Source: Gemmatimonadales bacterium (GTDB lineage: Bacteria; Gemmatimonadota; Gemmatimonadetes; Gemmatimonadales; GWC2-71-9). Taken from it: a DNA stretch of 64,000 nucleotides. Below are positions 36,426 to 45,500 of the stretch, one piece after another. The number at the start of each line of letters is the position of its first letter. The stretch's first letter is position 1. Position numbers and translations under genes: made by a program. Below the pieces are notes generated by a model that worked only from the letters and a program-made list of their open reading frames with translations, was not told the DNA's origin and made no database searches. The stretch is taken from contig JBJXGT010000036.1 in assembly GCA_046160105.1 (NCBI GenBank), forward strand, positions 73,568 to 137,567, read 5' to 3'.

Positions 36426-37142
36426 TCAAATGTAGTGACGGACGATGAGCACGACGGCCGAGATTCCGGAGACGATCAGGACCGCCGGACGGATCCCTTT
36501 CTTGTCGACCTGCCCGATGAACCGGTGCGAGGCGAGATAGCCGATCACCACGCCGGGGCAGAGCAGGAGCCCCCGGACGATGTCGGAGGGACCGAACCGG
36601 CCCCCGAGATACAGGCCCAGGGCCGACAGCACCGCGCCGATCGTGAAATAGGCGGACAAGGTGCCTCGGAAGGTGGGACCGGCCGCCCGTTGATAGACGA
36701 TCGCCATCGGGGGCCCGCCGATCGCGGTGGCCGTTCCCATGATCCCGGACGCGAGCCCGGCGCCGACCAGGGTGGCGGGATTCAGCTGGAAGGCGAGGCC
36801 CGACGCGGTGATGGCCACCCCGAGCAGCACCATCCCGCCGAAGAACAGGTCGAGGCCCGGCCGAGAGAGGCCGGCCATGATCCCGACCGCGATCGCGATC
36901 CCCACCACCCGCCCACCTAACGACCAGCCGAGATCGGGAAACCGGATCGACCCCCACTCCCGCCGGGCCATCAGTCCGGTCAGCGCGATGTTGCCGATCA
37001 AGAGGGGTCCGGGCGCGAGTCCGCTGTCGATCAGGGCCAGCAGCGGGGCCGCGAAGAGTGCCAGCCCGAAGCCGATACTGCCTTGGAGCACCGAGCCGAT
37101 CGCCATGACCAAGGTAGCGGCCGCGAACTGGCCCCAGCTCAC
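36426..37142 (-). CDS. TauE/SafE family sulfite/anion exporter-like membrane protein
   Basis: 238 aa with ~7 TM segments, Gly-rich. The GTG start at 37142 forms a GTGA overlap with the SDR stop. Confidence 0.7.
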   Translation of the reverse strand: MSWGQFAAATLVMAIGSVLQGSIGFGLALFAAPLLALIDSGLAPGPLLIGNIALTGLMARREWGSIRFPDLGWSLGGRVVGIAIAVGIMAGLSRPGLDLFFGGMVLLGVAITASGLAFQLNPATLVGAGLASGIMGTATAIGGPPMAIVYQRAAGPTFRGTLSAYFTIGAVLSALGLYLGGRFGPSDIVRGLLLCPGVVIGYLASHRFIGQVDKKGIRPAVLIVSGISAVVLIVRHYI

Positions 37143-38002
37143 CGGCTGGCCTTGTCCTTCTCGTTCTGGGCCCGGATCAGATCACGCGCCTTCTGCCATT
37201 CGGCGTCGCCCCAGCTGAACAGCTCCTGGAACCCGCCGCTGTTGGCGAGGTGGCCGGCTCCGTCGAGCGCGATGGTTTGCCCGGTCAGCCATTCGCATCC
37301 GTCGGCCAGGAGGAAGGTGGCCAGATTCTCCAACTCGGTGGTGGTCCCGACCCGGCCCATCGGGTTGGGCGCCTTGCCGAGGTCGCCGCCAGGGGCCAAC
37401 CGTTTGGTCATCCCCTCGGTCGGGATCGTGCCGGGCGCGATCGCGTTGAGCCGAATGCCATAGCGGCCCCACTCGACCGCGAGCGACTGAGTCATCACGT
37501 GAATCCCGGCCTTCGACATCGCCGACGGGACCACGAACGGCGAGCCGGTCCAGACCCAGGTGACCACGATCGAGACGACCGACCCCTTGTGCCCGCCCTT
37601 GATCCACCGGGTCCCGACCGCGTGGGTGGTGTAGAAGGTGCCGTGGAGCACGATGTTGGCGATGGTATCGAATCCCTTGGGGGTCAGGTCTTCGGTCCGC
37701 GAGATGAAGTTGCCGGCCGCGTTGTTGACCAGGCCGGTGAGCGGGCCGCCGTCGTCCCAGATCCACTGGACCATGTCGTCGACCGCCTTGGCGTCGCGGA
37801 TGTCGATCGCCCGGGTCTTGACCGAGCCGCCGTGGGTGGCCATCAGCTCCGCGGCGGTGGCGTCGAGCACGCCTGAGCGCCGCCCGCAGATGTAGAGCTC
37901 GGCGCCGAGCTCGAGAAACCGGGCGGTCATGGCCCGGCCAAGGCCGGTGCCCCCGCCGGTCACGAGGATCCGCTGATTGGAAAGCAGGTTGGGCTGGAAC
38001 AC
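37139..38002 (-). CDS. SDR family oxidoreductase (2,4-dienoyl-CoA reductase-like)
   Basis: 287 aa with a GTG start. VTGGGTGLG cofactor motif and a classical SDR layout. Confidence 0.8.
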   Translation of the reverse strand: MFQPNLLSNQRILVTGGGTGLGRAMTARFLELGAELYICGRRSGVLDATAAELMATHGGSVKTRAIDIRDAKAVDDMVQWIWDDGGPLTGLVNNAAGNFISRTEDLTPKGFDTIANIVLHGTFYTTHAVGTRWIKGGHKGSVVSIVVTWVWTGSPFVVPSAMSKAGIHVMTQSLAVEWGRYGIRLNAIAPGTIPTEGMTKRLAPGGDLGKAPNPMGRVGTTTELENLATFLLADGCEWLTGQTIALDGAGHLANSGGFQELFSWGDAEWQKARDLIRAQNEKDKASR

Positions 38003-38028
38003 GGGATCGGATGGGTGAAAGATGGGCG

Positions 38029-38074
38029 GGAAGATACCGCCCCGGGCGGCCCTTCGCTTCGGGGGCTATCTTCC
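38029..38074. promoter_or_regulatory. Inverted pair of TATCTTCC boxes in the 77-bp divergent spacer (SDR gene <-> NTF2-like gene)
   Basis: GGAAGATA lies at 38029-38036, which reads TATCTTCC on the minus strand 26 nt before GTG 38002. TATCTTCC lies at 38067-38074, 5 nt before ATG 38080. Confidence 0.35.
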
Positions 38075-38079
38075 TTCCC

Positions 38080-38580
38080 ATGAATCGGTCGAGAATCGCG
38101 GTGTTGGTGGCCCTGTTGACGACCCCCGGGATCGCCGCCGCCCAACTGCCGACGGAATCGGCCTTTGCCAGTCGGAAGAGCTTCCGCGAGGAGTACCTCG
38201 AACACACCCTCCTGGAGGTCAATCGGGCGCTGCTGGCGTGGACCAAGGCGGTCGAGACCCGCAATCTGAAGGACATCAAGCGGCTGGCGACCGACGATCT
38301 GCTCTTCGGCCCGCTCGAAGGGTGGCTGGCGAAGGGCCCCGAGGCGCTCGACTCCCTCAAGAGTTACCTGCCGCGAATCTCGGCGTTCGGGATCACCCTC
38401 TTCGACTTCGACGCCGGTGGCTCGATGGCCTCGGTGTATGCCAGCATCTACTACCAGCTCGCGACCGGGGCTACCCGCGAGACCGTGATCGCCGACGCCG
38501 CGATCGTCCTGGTGCAACGGGGCCCGGTCTGGCGGATCCGCTCTTACGTTGAACGGCCTCGCCCGGTTCCTTCGCCCTGA
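38080..38580 (+). CDS. Secreted NTF2-like (DUF4440/SnoaL-like) protein
   Basis: Track ORF starts at 38011. ATG 38080 gives the signal peptide MNRSRIAVLVALLTTPGIAAAQ. About 140 aa in an NTF2-like pattern ending ..VLVQRGPVWRIRSY. Confidence 0.55.
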   Translation: MNRSRIAVLVALLTTPGIAAAQLPTESAFASRKSFREEYLEHTLLEVNRALLAWTKAVETRNLKDIKRLATDDLLFGPLEGWLAKGPEALDSLKSYLPRISAFGITLFDFDAGGSMASVYASIYYQLATGATRETVIADAAIVLVQRGPVWRIRSYVERPRPVPSP

Positions 38581-38603
38581 GGCCGCGCCCGTCGCCTCCC
38601 GGC

Positions 38604-39869
38604 CTAACGGGCTGCCGCCGCCGGGACGAGGGCCTGATAGACCAGTGAGGTGAATCGGCTTCCCACGTTCAGCGGAGTGCCAGGCAGGTGTTGGGTCATC
38701 AGCACCACCACCAATCCCTGGGCCGGGTCCACCGAGTAGTCGGTCTGATACGCGCCACCCCACCCGAAGGTCCCCACCGATTCCGGACTTCCCCCCGCGC
38801 CCGGCCGCTCCGCCACCGAGAATCCGAGACTGAACCCGGCGCCCTCCGTGCCGAACAGGGTGCCAACCTGGTTGACGGTCATCAGCCGCACCGTGGTGGG
38901 CGAGAGGAGCCGAACGCCCTCGAGCTCGCCCCCGTTGCGAAGCATCTCGAGAAACCGGGCGTAGTCGCGCGCCGTCGAGACGAGCCCGGCTCCTCCGGCG
39001 AAGCTCTTCCGCGGACCATCGACGTAATGCCCCTGGCCCCGAGCGCCGTCGGCGGATCGCGCCAGCTGGCCCGCCTCGTCGACGCGATGGACCACGGCCA
39101 GGCGGTCGCGTTTGTCCTCCGGAAGGAAAAAGTGGGTGTCCCGCATCCCGAGCGGGCCGGTGATCCGCTCGGCGAAGAACCGGTCGAGTGGCAGACCGGA
39201 CACCCGCTCGACCACGCAGCCGAGGATGTCGGTGTTGTAGCCGTAGACGAAGGCTTCCCCCGGCTGCGACACGAAGGGCAGGGTGCCGAGCCGATCCATC
39301 GTCTCGCAGATGGGCTCGTCCTTGTCGGCGGTGTACCAACCGAAACCGGCGGCCGGTCCCAGTCCCTTCGCCTGATAGAGCGAGGCGACGTGGGCGTTGG
39401 TGCCGTAGGAAATCCCGGCCGTGTGGGTCAACAGGTCTCGAATCGTGATTGGCCGCCGAGCCGGAACGATCACCAGGCCGGTGTCGGAGCGAGTCGCCAC
39501 CTTGCTCGAGGCGAAGCTCGGCAGCCACCGGGAGACTGGGTCGCCGAGCCCGAGCTTTCCCTCTTCGACCAGGATCATCACCGCGACGCTGGTGATCGCC
39601 TTGGTCTGCGAAGCGATCCGGAAGATGGCGTCGGCCGCCAGCCGCTTGCCGGCCGCTTTGTCGGCCCAACCATAGACCCCCTGGTGGGCGACCCGACCGT
39701 TGCGGAGGACCAGGGTCACGGCCCCCGCGATCTGACCTTGATCGACATAGCCGCGCATCGCCGAGTCGATCAGGCGGAGCCGTTTGGGCGAGAACGTGAG
39801 GGGAGCCGATTGGGCGGCGAGCGAGCTGGCGAGGACGGCCAGCACCAGGAGCAGCGGACGAACCCTCAT
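38604..39869 (-). CDS. Beta-lactamase-fold serine hydrolase (class C-like), secreted
   Basis: 421 aa with a signal peptide. IASQTKAIT is the SxxK motif. Its ATG forms an ATGA overlap with the stop of the upstream reductase gene. Confidence 0.85.
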   Translation of the reverse strand: MRVRPLLLVLAVLASSLAAQSAPLTFSPKRLRLIDSAMRGYVDQGQIAGAVTLVLRNGRVAHQGVYGWADKAAGKRLAADAIFRIASQTKAITSVAVMILVEEGKLGLGDPVSRWLPSFASSKVATRSDTGLVIVPARRPITIRDLLTHTAGISYGTNAHVASLYQAKGLGPAAGFGWYTADKDEPICETMDRLGTLPFVSQPGEAFVYGYNTDILGCVVERVSGLPLDRFFAERITGPLGMRDTHFFLPEDKRDRLAVVHRVDEAGQLARSADGARGQGHYVDGPRKSFAGGAGLVSTARDYARFLEMLRNGGELEGVRLLSPTTVRLMTVNQVGTLFGTEGAGFSLGFSVAERPGAGGSPESVGTFGWGGAYQTDYSVDPAQGLVVVLMTQHLPGTPLNVGSRFTSLVYQALVPAAAAR

Positions 39870-41224
39870 GATTGCCTCGCAGTGACCATCTCAGCCGTGG
39901 TCGTGAACTTGACTCGTGGGCGACCGGCCGCCTTGCCGGCCGCGGTTTCGATCGCGTTGATGCGCTGCCAGTCCTCCCAGGTGACGAGCGCGGGCTGACG
40001 GGTCCGCAGGGTCGATTCGATCACAGGCTTCGCGGTGGCCGGCGGGTCGAGTAATTGGCCCGCCTTGAAATCGGCCAGGATCTGCTCGGCCGTCTCCGCG
40101 GCGTCGGGTTTGTTGGTCCCGATCACCCCACTCGGGCCTCGCTTGATCCAGCCCGCCACGTACACCCCCGTCATCGCGACCCGACCGGCCTCGTTGGGCA
40201 CGGTGCCGGACCGCTCGTCGAACGGCAATCCCGGGATCGGGCGCCCTTTATACCCTACCGAGCGGAACACCAGCCCGACCGGCAATACCTCGCTGGTGCC
40301 GGTCGCCTCGGCGGCAAGCGAGCCGTTCTTGGCCACAATCCGATTGTGGTGGACCTTGATCCCGGCGACCCGGCCGGTGCCGTCGTCGATCAGCTCGGCC
40401 GGGGAGACCAAGAAGCGAATCGTTAGGCGCTTCGGCTTGCCCGAGGGCGGGGTGGCGGCGAACCCTTGGAGTACCTCGATCTTCCGCTTGGTGGTCGCCT
40501 CCGCCTCCTGCTCGACCTGGGCGGCGCTGAGCGGATCGAGGGCGACCTCGGCCGGCACCGCGCAGGCGTCGGCCTGCTCCATCTCGCCCAGCTCTTTGAC
40601 CTCCGGCGTGGTGAAGGCCGCCTGGGCCGGTCCCCGCCGGCCGAGCAGGTAGACCTCCTTCACCCCGCTGTGGGCCAGGGCCTCGAGGGCGTGATCGGCG
40701 ATGTCGGTGCGGCCGAGCTCGGCCGGGGTCCGCGAGAGGATCCGAGCCACGTCGATGGCGACGTTGCCGACGCCCACCACGGCGACCCGTTCCACCGAGA
40801 GGTCGAACCGACAGTCACGATAGTCGGGATGCCCGTTGTACCAGGCTACGAATTCAGTGGCTGGGTGGCTCCCCTCGAGATCCTCGCCGGGAATGCCCAT
40901 CCGCCGGTCCGACTGGGCGCCGGTGGCGAACGCCACGGCATGGTAGTGCTGACGGAGCTCGTCGAGGGTAACGTCGCGACCGACCTCGATGTTGCCGAAG
41001 TAGCGGAAGCCGGGCCGGGCCGCGACCTTGTCGAAACTCCGGGTCACCGCCTTGATCTTCTCGTGATCGGGAGCGACGCCGAACCGGACCAGACCGTACG
41101 GGGTCGGGAGCCGCTCGAACAGGTCGACCTCGACCGGCACGTCCGCCGGGCCAAGGAGCTTCTCGGTGAGAAAGAAGCCGGCCGGACCGGCGCCCACCAC
41201 CGCCACGCGTAGTGTCTCGGGCAT
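39866..41224 (-). CDS. FAD-dependent NADPH:ferredoxin (adrenodoxin-type) reductase, FprA-like
   Basis: 452 aa. VAVVGAGPAGFF (FAD GxGxxG), a second dinucleotide motif VVGVGNVAIDVAR, and C-terminal YVAGWIKRGPSGVIGTNK. Confidence 0.8.
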   Translation of the reverse strand: MPETLRVAVVGAGPAGFFLTEKLLGPADVPVEVDLFERLPTPYGLVRFGVAPDHEKIKAVTRSFDKVAARPGFRYFGNIEVGRDVTLDELRQHYHAVAFATGAQSDRRMGIPGEDLEGSHPATEFVAWYNGHPDYRDCRFDLSVERVAVVGVGNVAIDVARILSRTPAELGRTDIADHALEALAHSGVKEVYLLGRRGPAQAAFTTPEVKELGEMEQADACAVPAEVALDPLSAAQVEQEAEATTKRKIEVLQGFAATPPSGKPKRLTIRFLVSPAELIDDGTGRVAGIKVHHNRIVAKNGSLAAEATGTSEVLPVGLVFRSVGYKGRPIPGLPFDERSGTVPNEAGRVAMTGVYVAGWIKRGPSGVIGTNKPDAAETAEQILADFKAGQLLDPPATAKPVIESTLRTRQPALVTWEDWQRINAIETAAGKAAGRPRVKFTTTAEMVTARQS

Positions 41225-41231
41225 AGTAGGG

Positions 41232-41244
41232 GGAAAGTACTTCC
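41232..41244. promoter_or_regulatory. Near-palindrome GGAAAGTACTTCC in the 37-bp divergent spacer (FprA-like <-> NRAMP)
   Basis: Read directly. It gives TACTTTCC 7 nt upstream of the FprA-like ATG (minus strand) and TACTTCCG 16 nt upstream of the NRAMP ATG (plus strand). Confidence 0.35.
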
Positions 41245-41261
41245 GATGTTACCCTTGAGCC

Positions 41262-42446
41262 ATGACGAACGGTCGCCGGACCGCCTTGATCGGCGCGGCT
41301 TTCCTGATGGCCACTTCGGCCATCGGGCCGGGTTTCCTCACCCAGACGGCGGTATTCACCGGCACCCTCGGGGCGAGCTTCGGGTTCGCGATTCTGGTGT
41401 CGGTGGTGTTCGACCTTGCGGCCCAGCTCACCATCTGGCGGGTCCTGATCGGGTCGGGGCAACGGGCTTCGGTCGTGGCCAACGCGATCGTCCCGGGGCT
41501 CGGTCACGTCTTGAGCGTGTTGGTGGCGATCGGCGGATTGGCGTTCAACATCGGCAACGTGGCGGGCGCCGGGCTCGGCATCAACGTGATGACCGGGCTC
41601 GATGTTCGAGCCGGCGCCGCGCTGAGCGCGGCCCTTGGCGTCGCCATCTTCCTGGTGCGGGACGCCGGGGGCGCCATGGATCGGTTCGCTCAGATTCTCG
41701 GCGGGCTGATGGTGCTGGTCGCGGGCTACGTCGCCTTCGCGGCCGATCCCCCGCTCGGGGAGGCGGTGCTCCGAACGGTCGTGCCGAACCGGATCGATCC
41801 GCTGGCGATCGTCACCATCGTCGGGGGCACGGTCGGGGGCTACATCACCTTCGCGGGTGCCCATCGCCTTTTGGACGCCGGTCTGTCCGGGCCCGACGCG
41901 ACCCGGGCGGCGGTTCGCTCGGCCACGCTCGGCATCACCGTGGCGAGCATCATGCGAGTGGTGCTCTTCCTCGGGGCGCTCGGGGTGGTGACCGCGGGCG
42001 GCGCGGCCGCCATCGATCCGGCCAATCCGCCCGCGTCGGTCTTCCGGGCGGCGGCCGGCGAACTCGGGTACCGCTTCTTCGGCTTGGTGATGTGGGCGGC
42101 CGCCATCACCTCGGTGGTCGGATCGGCCTACACCTCGGTGTCGTTCCTCAAGACGGTGCGGTCGAGCTGGGAACCCCACGGGGTCCGGCTCATCGTCGGA
42201 TTCATCGCGGCGTCCACCCTGATCTTCCTCGCCGTCGGGCGACCGGTCACGATTCTGGTCGCGGTCGGCGCGATCAACGGCCTGATTCTCCCGGTCGGGC
42301 TCGGCGTAATGCTGGTGGCCGCGCGCCGGGAGCCGTGGCGCTCGGCGGCGCGGGTGCCCGGTTGGCTGGTGACCGGTGCCTCACTGGTGGCGATCGCGAT
42401 GGCGGTGCTCGGGATCTACAGCGTCGGTACCCTGCTCGGATCGTGA
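41262..42446 (+). CDS. NRAMP-family divalent metal cation transporter
   Basis: 394 aa, multi-pass. N-terminal LIGAAFLMATSAIGPGFLTQT resembles the NRAMP signature. Confidence 0.8.
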   Translation: MTNGRRTALIGAAFLMATSAIGPGFLTQTAVFTGTLGASFGFAILVSVVFDLAAQLTIWRVLIGSGQRASVVANAIVPGLGHVLSVLVAIGGLAFNIGNVAGAGLGINVMTGLDVRAGAALSAALGVAIFLVRDAGGAMDRFAQILGGLMVLVAGYVAFAADPPLGEAVLRTVVPNRIDPLAIVTIVGGTVGGYITFAGAHRLLDAGLSGPDATRAAVRSATLGITVASIMRVVLFLGALGVVTAGGAAAIDPANPPASVFRAAAGELGYRFFGLVMWAAAITSVVGSAYTSVSFLKTVRSSWEPHGVRLIVGFIAASTLIFLAVGRPVTILVAVGAINGLILPVGLGVMLVAARREPWRSAARVPGWLVTGASLVAIAMAVLGIYSVGTLLGS

Positions 42447-42512
42447 CCGGGTTCGGCGAGTGCCTAACGGCCTCGATGGGGGCGTGAGTGCCGCCGCGCG
42501 GCGACCCGGGGA

Positions 42513-44309
42513 CTAGGGTGCCCGACTGGCGGGAGCGCCGGGGCCCTGGATCCAGGCCTCGCCCAGCCGAGTCGAGAGATGGCGTCGAGTTCGCTCGATG
42601 ACCGGCTTCAGGCTGTCGACGCCGATCAGGTCGTGGCGCTGCCCAGGGTCGTCGGCCACTCCGAAGAGAAACTCGCGGCCCCGTCCGGTGCGGATGTAGT
42701 GGTAGCGATCGTCGATGATCGCGGTCGCGGGGCCGCCGGAAATCTGGGTCTCCGCGAGCTGATTGACCCCCTCGTGGGCCCCCGCCAAGGCCGTATCCCG
42801 GGCCGAGGCCGAATCGGTCCAGAATCGCGCCAGCGACTCGCCACCCAAGCGCCCGAAGGTCGAATCGAGACCCGCCAGCGCCACCAGGGTCGGACCGACG
42901 TGGCGGGTCGAGGTCACTTGGGGGAGCCGGATCCCGGCCGGGACTCGCCCCGGGGCGATCACGACGAGCGGGACGCTCAGGACTTGGGCATGGAGGCTCT
43001 CGCCGTGCCCCTCGAATCCGTGCTCGCCGAACTCCTCGCCGTGGTCCGAGGTCACGACGACGATGGTGTTGGCCAAGAGCCCCTGCCGCTCGAGTTCGGT
43101 GAGTAGCCGGTCCAACTCGGCGTCCACATAGGCGATCCCGGCGTCATACCGGTCCTGCACCCCGCGACCTTGGAATCGGGCCCTGAACTCAGGGGGCGAT
43201 CGGTACGGCTGGTGGGCGTCGAAATAATTGAGGAAGGCGAAGAACGGCCGATCCGGTGGTGACTGGGCGAGCCAGCGCAGAAAGGATCGGCTGATCTCCT
43301 CGGCGTCCTTCCAGGTGCCTTGGAAGGTGGACCAGCGCTGGAACGGCTGGTGTCTTCGGAGCCGTTGGCTCAGGGAGAGCTGGCCGATGTACTCCCGGGG
43401 CCGCCGCCCGATTCGCGAGTCCTCGTAGTGCTGAAACCCTCGAGCCAGGCCGGTCGGCCGGTGGGTGGCCATCAGGTTGGCCGTGATCCCCGCCGTTCGA
43501 TATCCGGCCCGAGAAAAGATCTCGGCCACCACCACGCGGCTTCGATCGAGCGGCGCCGTCCAGGTCGTGCTGAGGTCCTGCATATGCAGGCCCGTGAACA
43601 TGCTGGCGTGCGACGGGAGGGTCCACGGGGCCGTCGAATACGCCGCCTCGAACACGACGCCGCCAGCGGCGCGTTTGGTCAACTGCGGCGACGTCGGGCG
43701 GTCGTGGCCGTAGAGGCTGAGGCTCGGCCTCCGAACGGTGTCCCAGACCACGAGGAGAACGTTCGGCGCCCCGCGGTCCGGAACGGCGGCCGTCAGCCGG
43801 GCCGCTCGGGCGCGGCTGACGAGAACCATGGCCAGCGCCACCGGTGGGGCCACCAACAGAATCGGGACCGCGACCCGGAGGAGCCGGCGGAACCCACCGG
43901 GCCGCGCCGCCACGGCGCGACCCACCATGGTCGCGATCCCCAGGGCGAGAATCGCGTGTACCGGCTCGGCGATGCGGGTCGTCAAGACCGCCAAGGAGAC
44001 CGAGACGGAGGGCAGCAGGGTGCTCACCATCGCCGCGCGGGCCTCGGTTACCGCGGCGGGCCACAGTCGGTGGCTGGCGGCCACGACCACCACGATCGGC
44101 AGATTGACCAACGCGAGGCCGACCGGCAAGATCCAGAAGAACGCGTTGCCCACGTCGGCCAGCCGCTCGATTCCCGGGACGCCGAACCGACGGATCGCGG
44201 CCTCGATGATTCCGGCGAAAATGCTGACGGCGATTCCGGAGGACACCACGGCCACGGTGTCGGCCCAGGGCCGCGGCGGCCGCGCATCGGACGAGGTTGG
44301 CTGGGGCAT
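42513..44309 (-). CDS. Membrane-anchored sulfatase-like (alkaline-phosphatase superfamily) hydrolase/transferase
   Basis: Track ORF extends to 44468; ATG 44309 gives MPQPTSS... About 5 N-terminal TM segments precede the sulfatase-fold domain (NVLLVVWDTVRRPSLSLYG.., VTSDHGEEFGEHG). No CxPxR motif is present. Confidence 0.7.
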   Translation of the reverse strand: MPQPTSSDARPPRPWADTVAVVSSGIAVSIFAGIIEAAIRRFGVPGIERLADVGNAFFWILPVGLALVNLPIVVVVAASHRLWPAAVTEARAAMVSTLLPSVSVSLAVLTTRIAEPVHAILALGIATMVGRAVAARPGGFRRLLRVAVPILLVAPPVALAMVLVSRARAARLTAAVPDRGAPNVLLVVWDTVRRPSLSLYGHDRPTSPQLTKRAAGGVVFEAAYSTAPWTLPSHASMFTGLHMQDLSTTWTAPLDRSRVVVAEIFSRAGYRTAGITANLMATHRPTGLARGFQHYEDSRIGRRPREYIGQLSLSQRLRRHQPFQRWSTFQGTWKDAEEISRSFLRWLAQSPPDRPFFAFLNYFDAHQPYRSPPEFRARFQGRGVQDRYDAGIAYVDAELDRLLTELERQGLLANTIVVVTSDHGEEFGEHGFEGHGESLHAQVLSVPLVVIAPGRVPAGIRLPQVTSTRHVGPTLVALAGLDSTFGRLGGESLARFWTDSASARDTALAGAHEGVNQLAETQISGGPATAIIDDRYHYIRTGRGREFLFGVADDPGQRHDLIGVDSLKPVIERTRRHLSTRLGEAWIQGPGAPASRAP

Positions 44310-44407
44310 CGAAACCTGGTAACTCGGGGTTAGCTGGCGACCGGGAGCGGCTCGAGGCCGGCCGTCCCCGGTGTCGGTGTCACGGCTGCAAGATACGCGC
44401 CGACCAG

Positions 44408-44938
44408 CTATACCGGAGGTGCCGCACCCCGATCCACCTCGTCCACCCGCCGGTTGGCTTCCGCCCAATCGATCGCCGGGGCGACCGCCTCGTCGGCGAG
44501 CGCCAGCGACTCGAGCGCCCGGGCCACCACCGGGTGGCCGTTAGGCACGGCTCGCCCGAACTCCAGCTCCGCCTGCCGGCAGAGCCGTTCCTCTCGCGCC
44601 TGCAGCTCGGCCGCCCGATGGACCCCCATCCGATGGATCCGGGCGTGGACCGATTCGTGGATGATCGAGGCCGCCACCTGGGCCGCCGAGATATCGGGGT
44701 GGGCGAGAAAGGTCAGCTCGATCAGGCAGGCCCGCGCTTCGGGGAAGTACGCGGCTCGACACGGGAACCGTTGGACCACGATGCCGCTGAAGTCCCGCGA
44801 CAGGCGGCGGAATCGATGGGGCGCATAGCGCTCGATCAACCCGAGCGCATCGGCGAGCCGGGTCAGCACCTGATCGGTGGCGATGTCGGGTCGGGAGTTG
44901 TGGACCGTAACCGCCACGCCCCGGAGAACGGCGACCAT
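44408..44938 (-). CDS. Hypothetical cytoplasmic protein with HExxH motif (putative zinc metallopeptidase-like)
   Basis: 176 aa with no signal peptide. IIHESVHARIH contains HExxH. No family recognised. Lies directly upstream of, and co-oriented with, the membrane sulfatase-like gene. Confidence 0.5.
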   Translation of the reverse strand: MVAVLRGVAVTVHNSRPDIATDQVLTRLADALGLIERYAPHRFRRLSRDFSGIVVQRFPCRAAYFPEARACLIELTFLAHPDISAAQVAASIIHESVHARIHRMGVHRAAELQAREERLCRQAELEFGRAVPNGHPVVARALESLALADEAVAPAIDWAEANRRVDEVDRGAAPPV

Positions 44939-45070
44939 AAACGAAGGCTCCCAGACGATTGCACCAACTTAGCGCGGGGTCGCCCGGTCCGCGCAGGAAA
45001 CAACCCGGCCAGCGGGCTTCGGCCACCGGGCAGGAGGTCGCGGCGCTCGGGTCCTTCTGAAGCGCCACGT

Positions 45071-45385
45071 CTATCGGAGGAGCGCCCAGATCCCGAAAAT
45101 CAACGCCGCGAGCGCCCCGGTCACCAGAAAGGCCCGCGCCGCGAGGTCGTTGGCGGGTCGGTCACCGCGAGTCGGCGCCCGTCGGAGCACCTGCGACAGC
45201 CAATCCGGGGCCCCAATCGCCGCCATGGTGAGGGTGGCCCCGAGGTACAGCAGGCAGGCGGCCAGCGCGGGGAGGGCCACCAGGCCAGCGAGAAAGAAAC
45301 TCGCCCCCAGGCCGATGGCCACCAGGAGAACGCCGTTCTTGAACTCGCCCTCGGTGAGATCCCGGGTCGGTTGCCAGGCAAGCAT
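45071..45385 (-). CDS. Small integral membrane protein, hypothetical
   Basis: The track ORF 45071..45697 is over-extended. ATG 45385 gives 104 aa with ~3 hydrophobic segments (..VLLVAIGLGASFFLAGLVALPALAACLLYLG.., ..AFLVTGALAALIFGIWALL). The start is uncertain. Confidence 0.4.
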   Translation of the reverse strand: MLAWQPTRDLTEGEFKNGVLLVAIGLGASFFLAGLVALPALAACLLYLGATLTMAAIGAPDWLSQVLRRAPTRGDRPANDLAARAFLVTGALAALIFGIWALLR

Positions 45386-45500
45386 ACCGATCACCTTACC
45401 GCATGTCGCGCCAGCGGGCAACTGGCCCGGTCGCATTCCTCCAAGCGAACGACGCGCCGGGCTGGTAGGATCCAGGGACACCTTACGGAGGTCGAGACGG

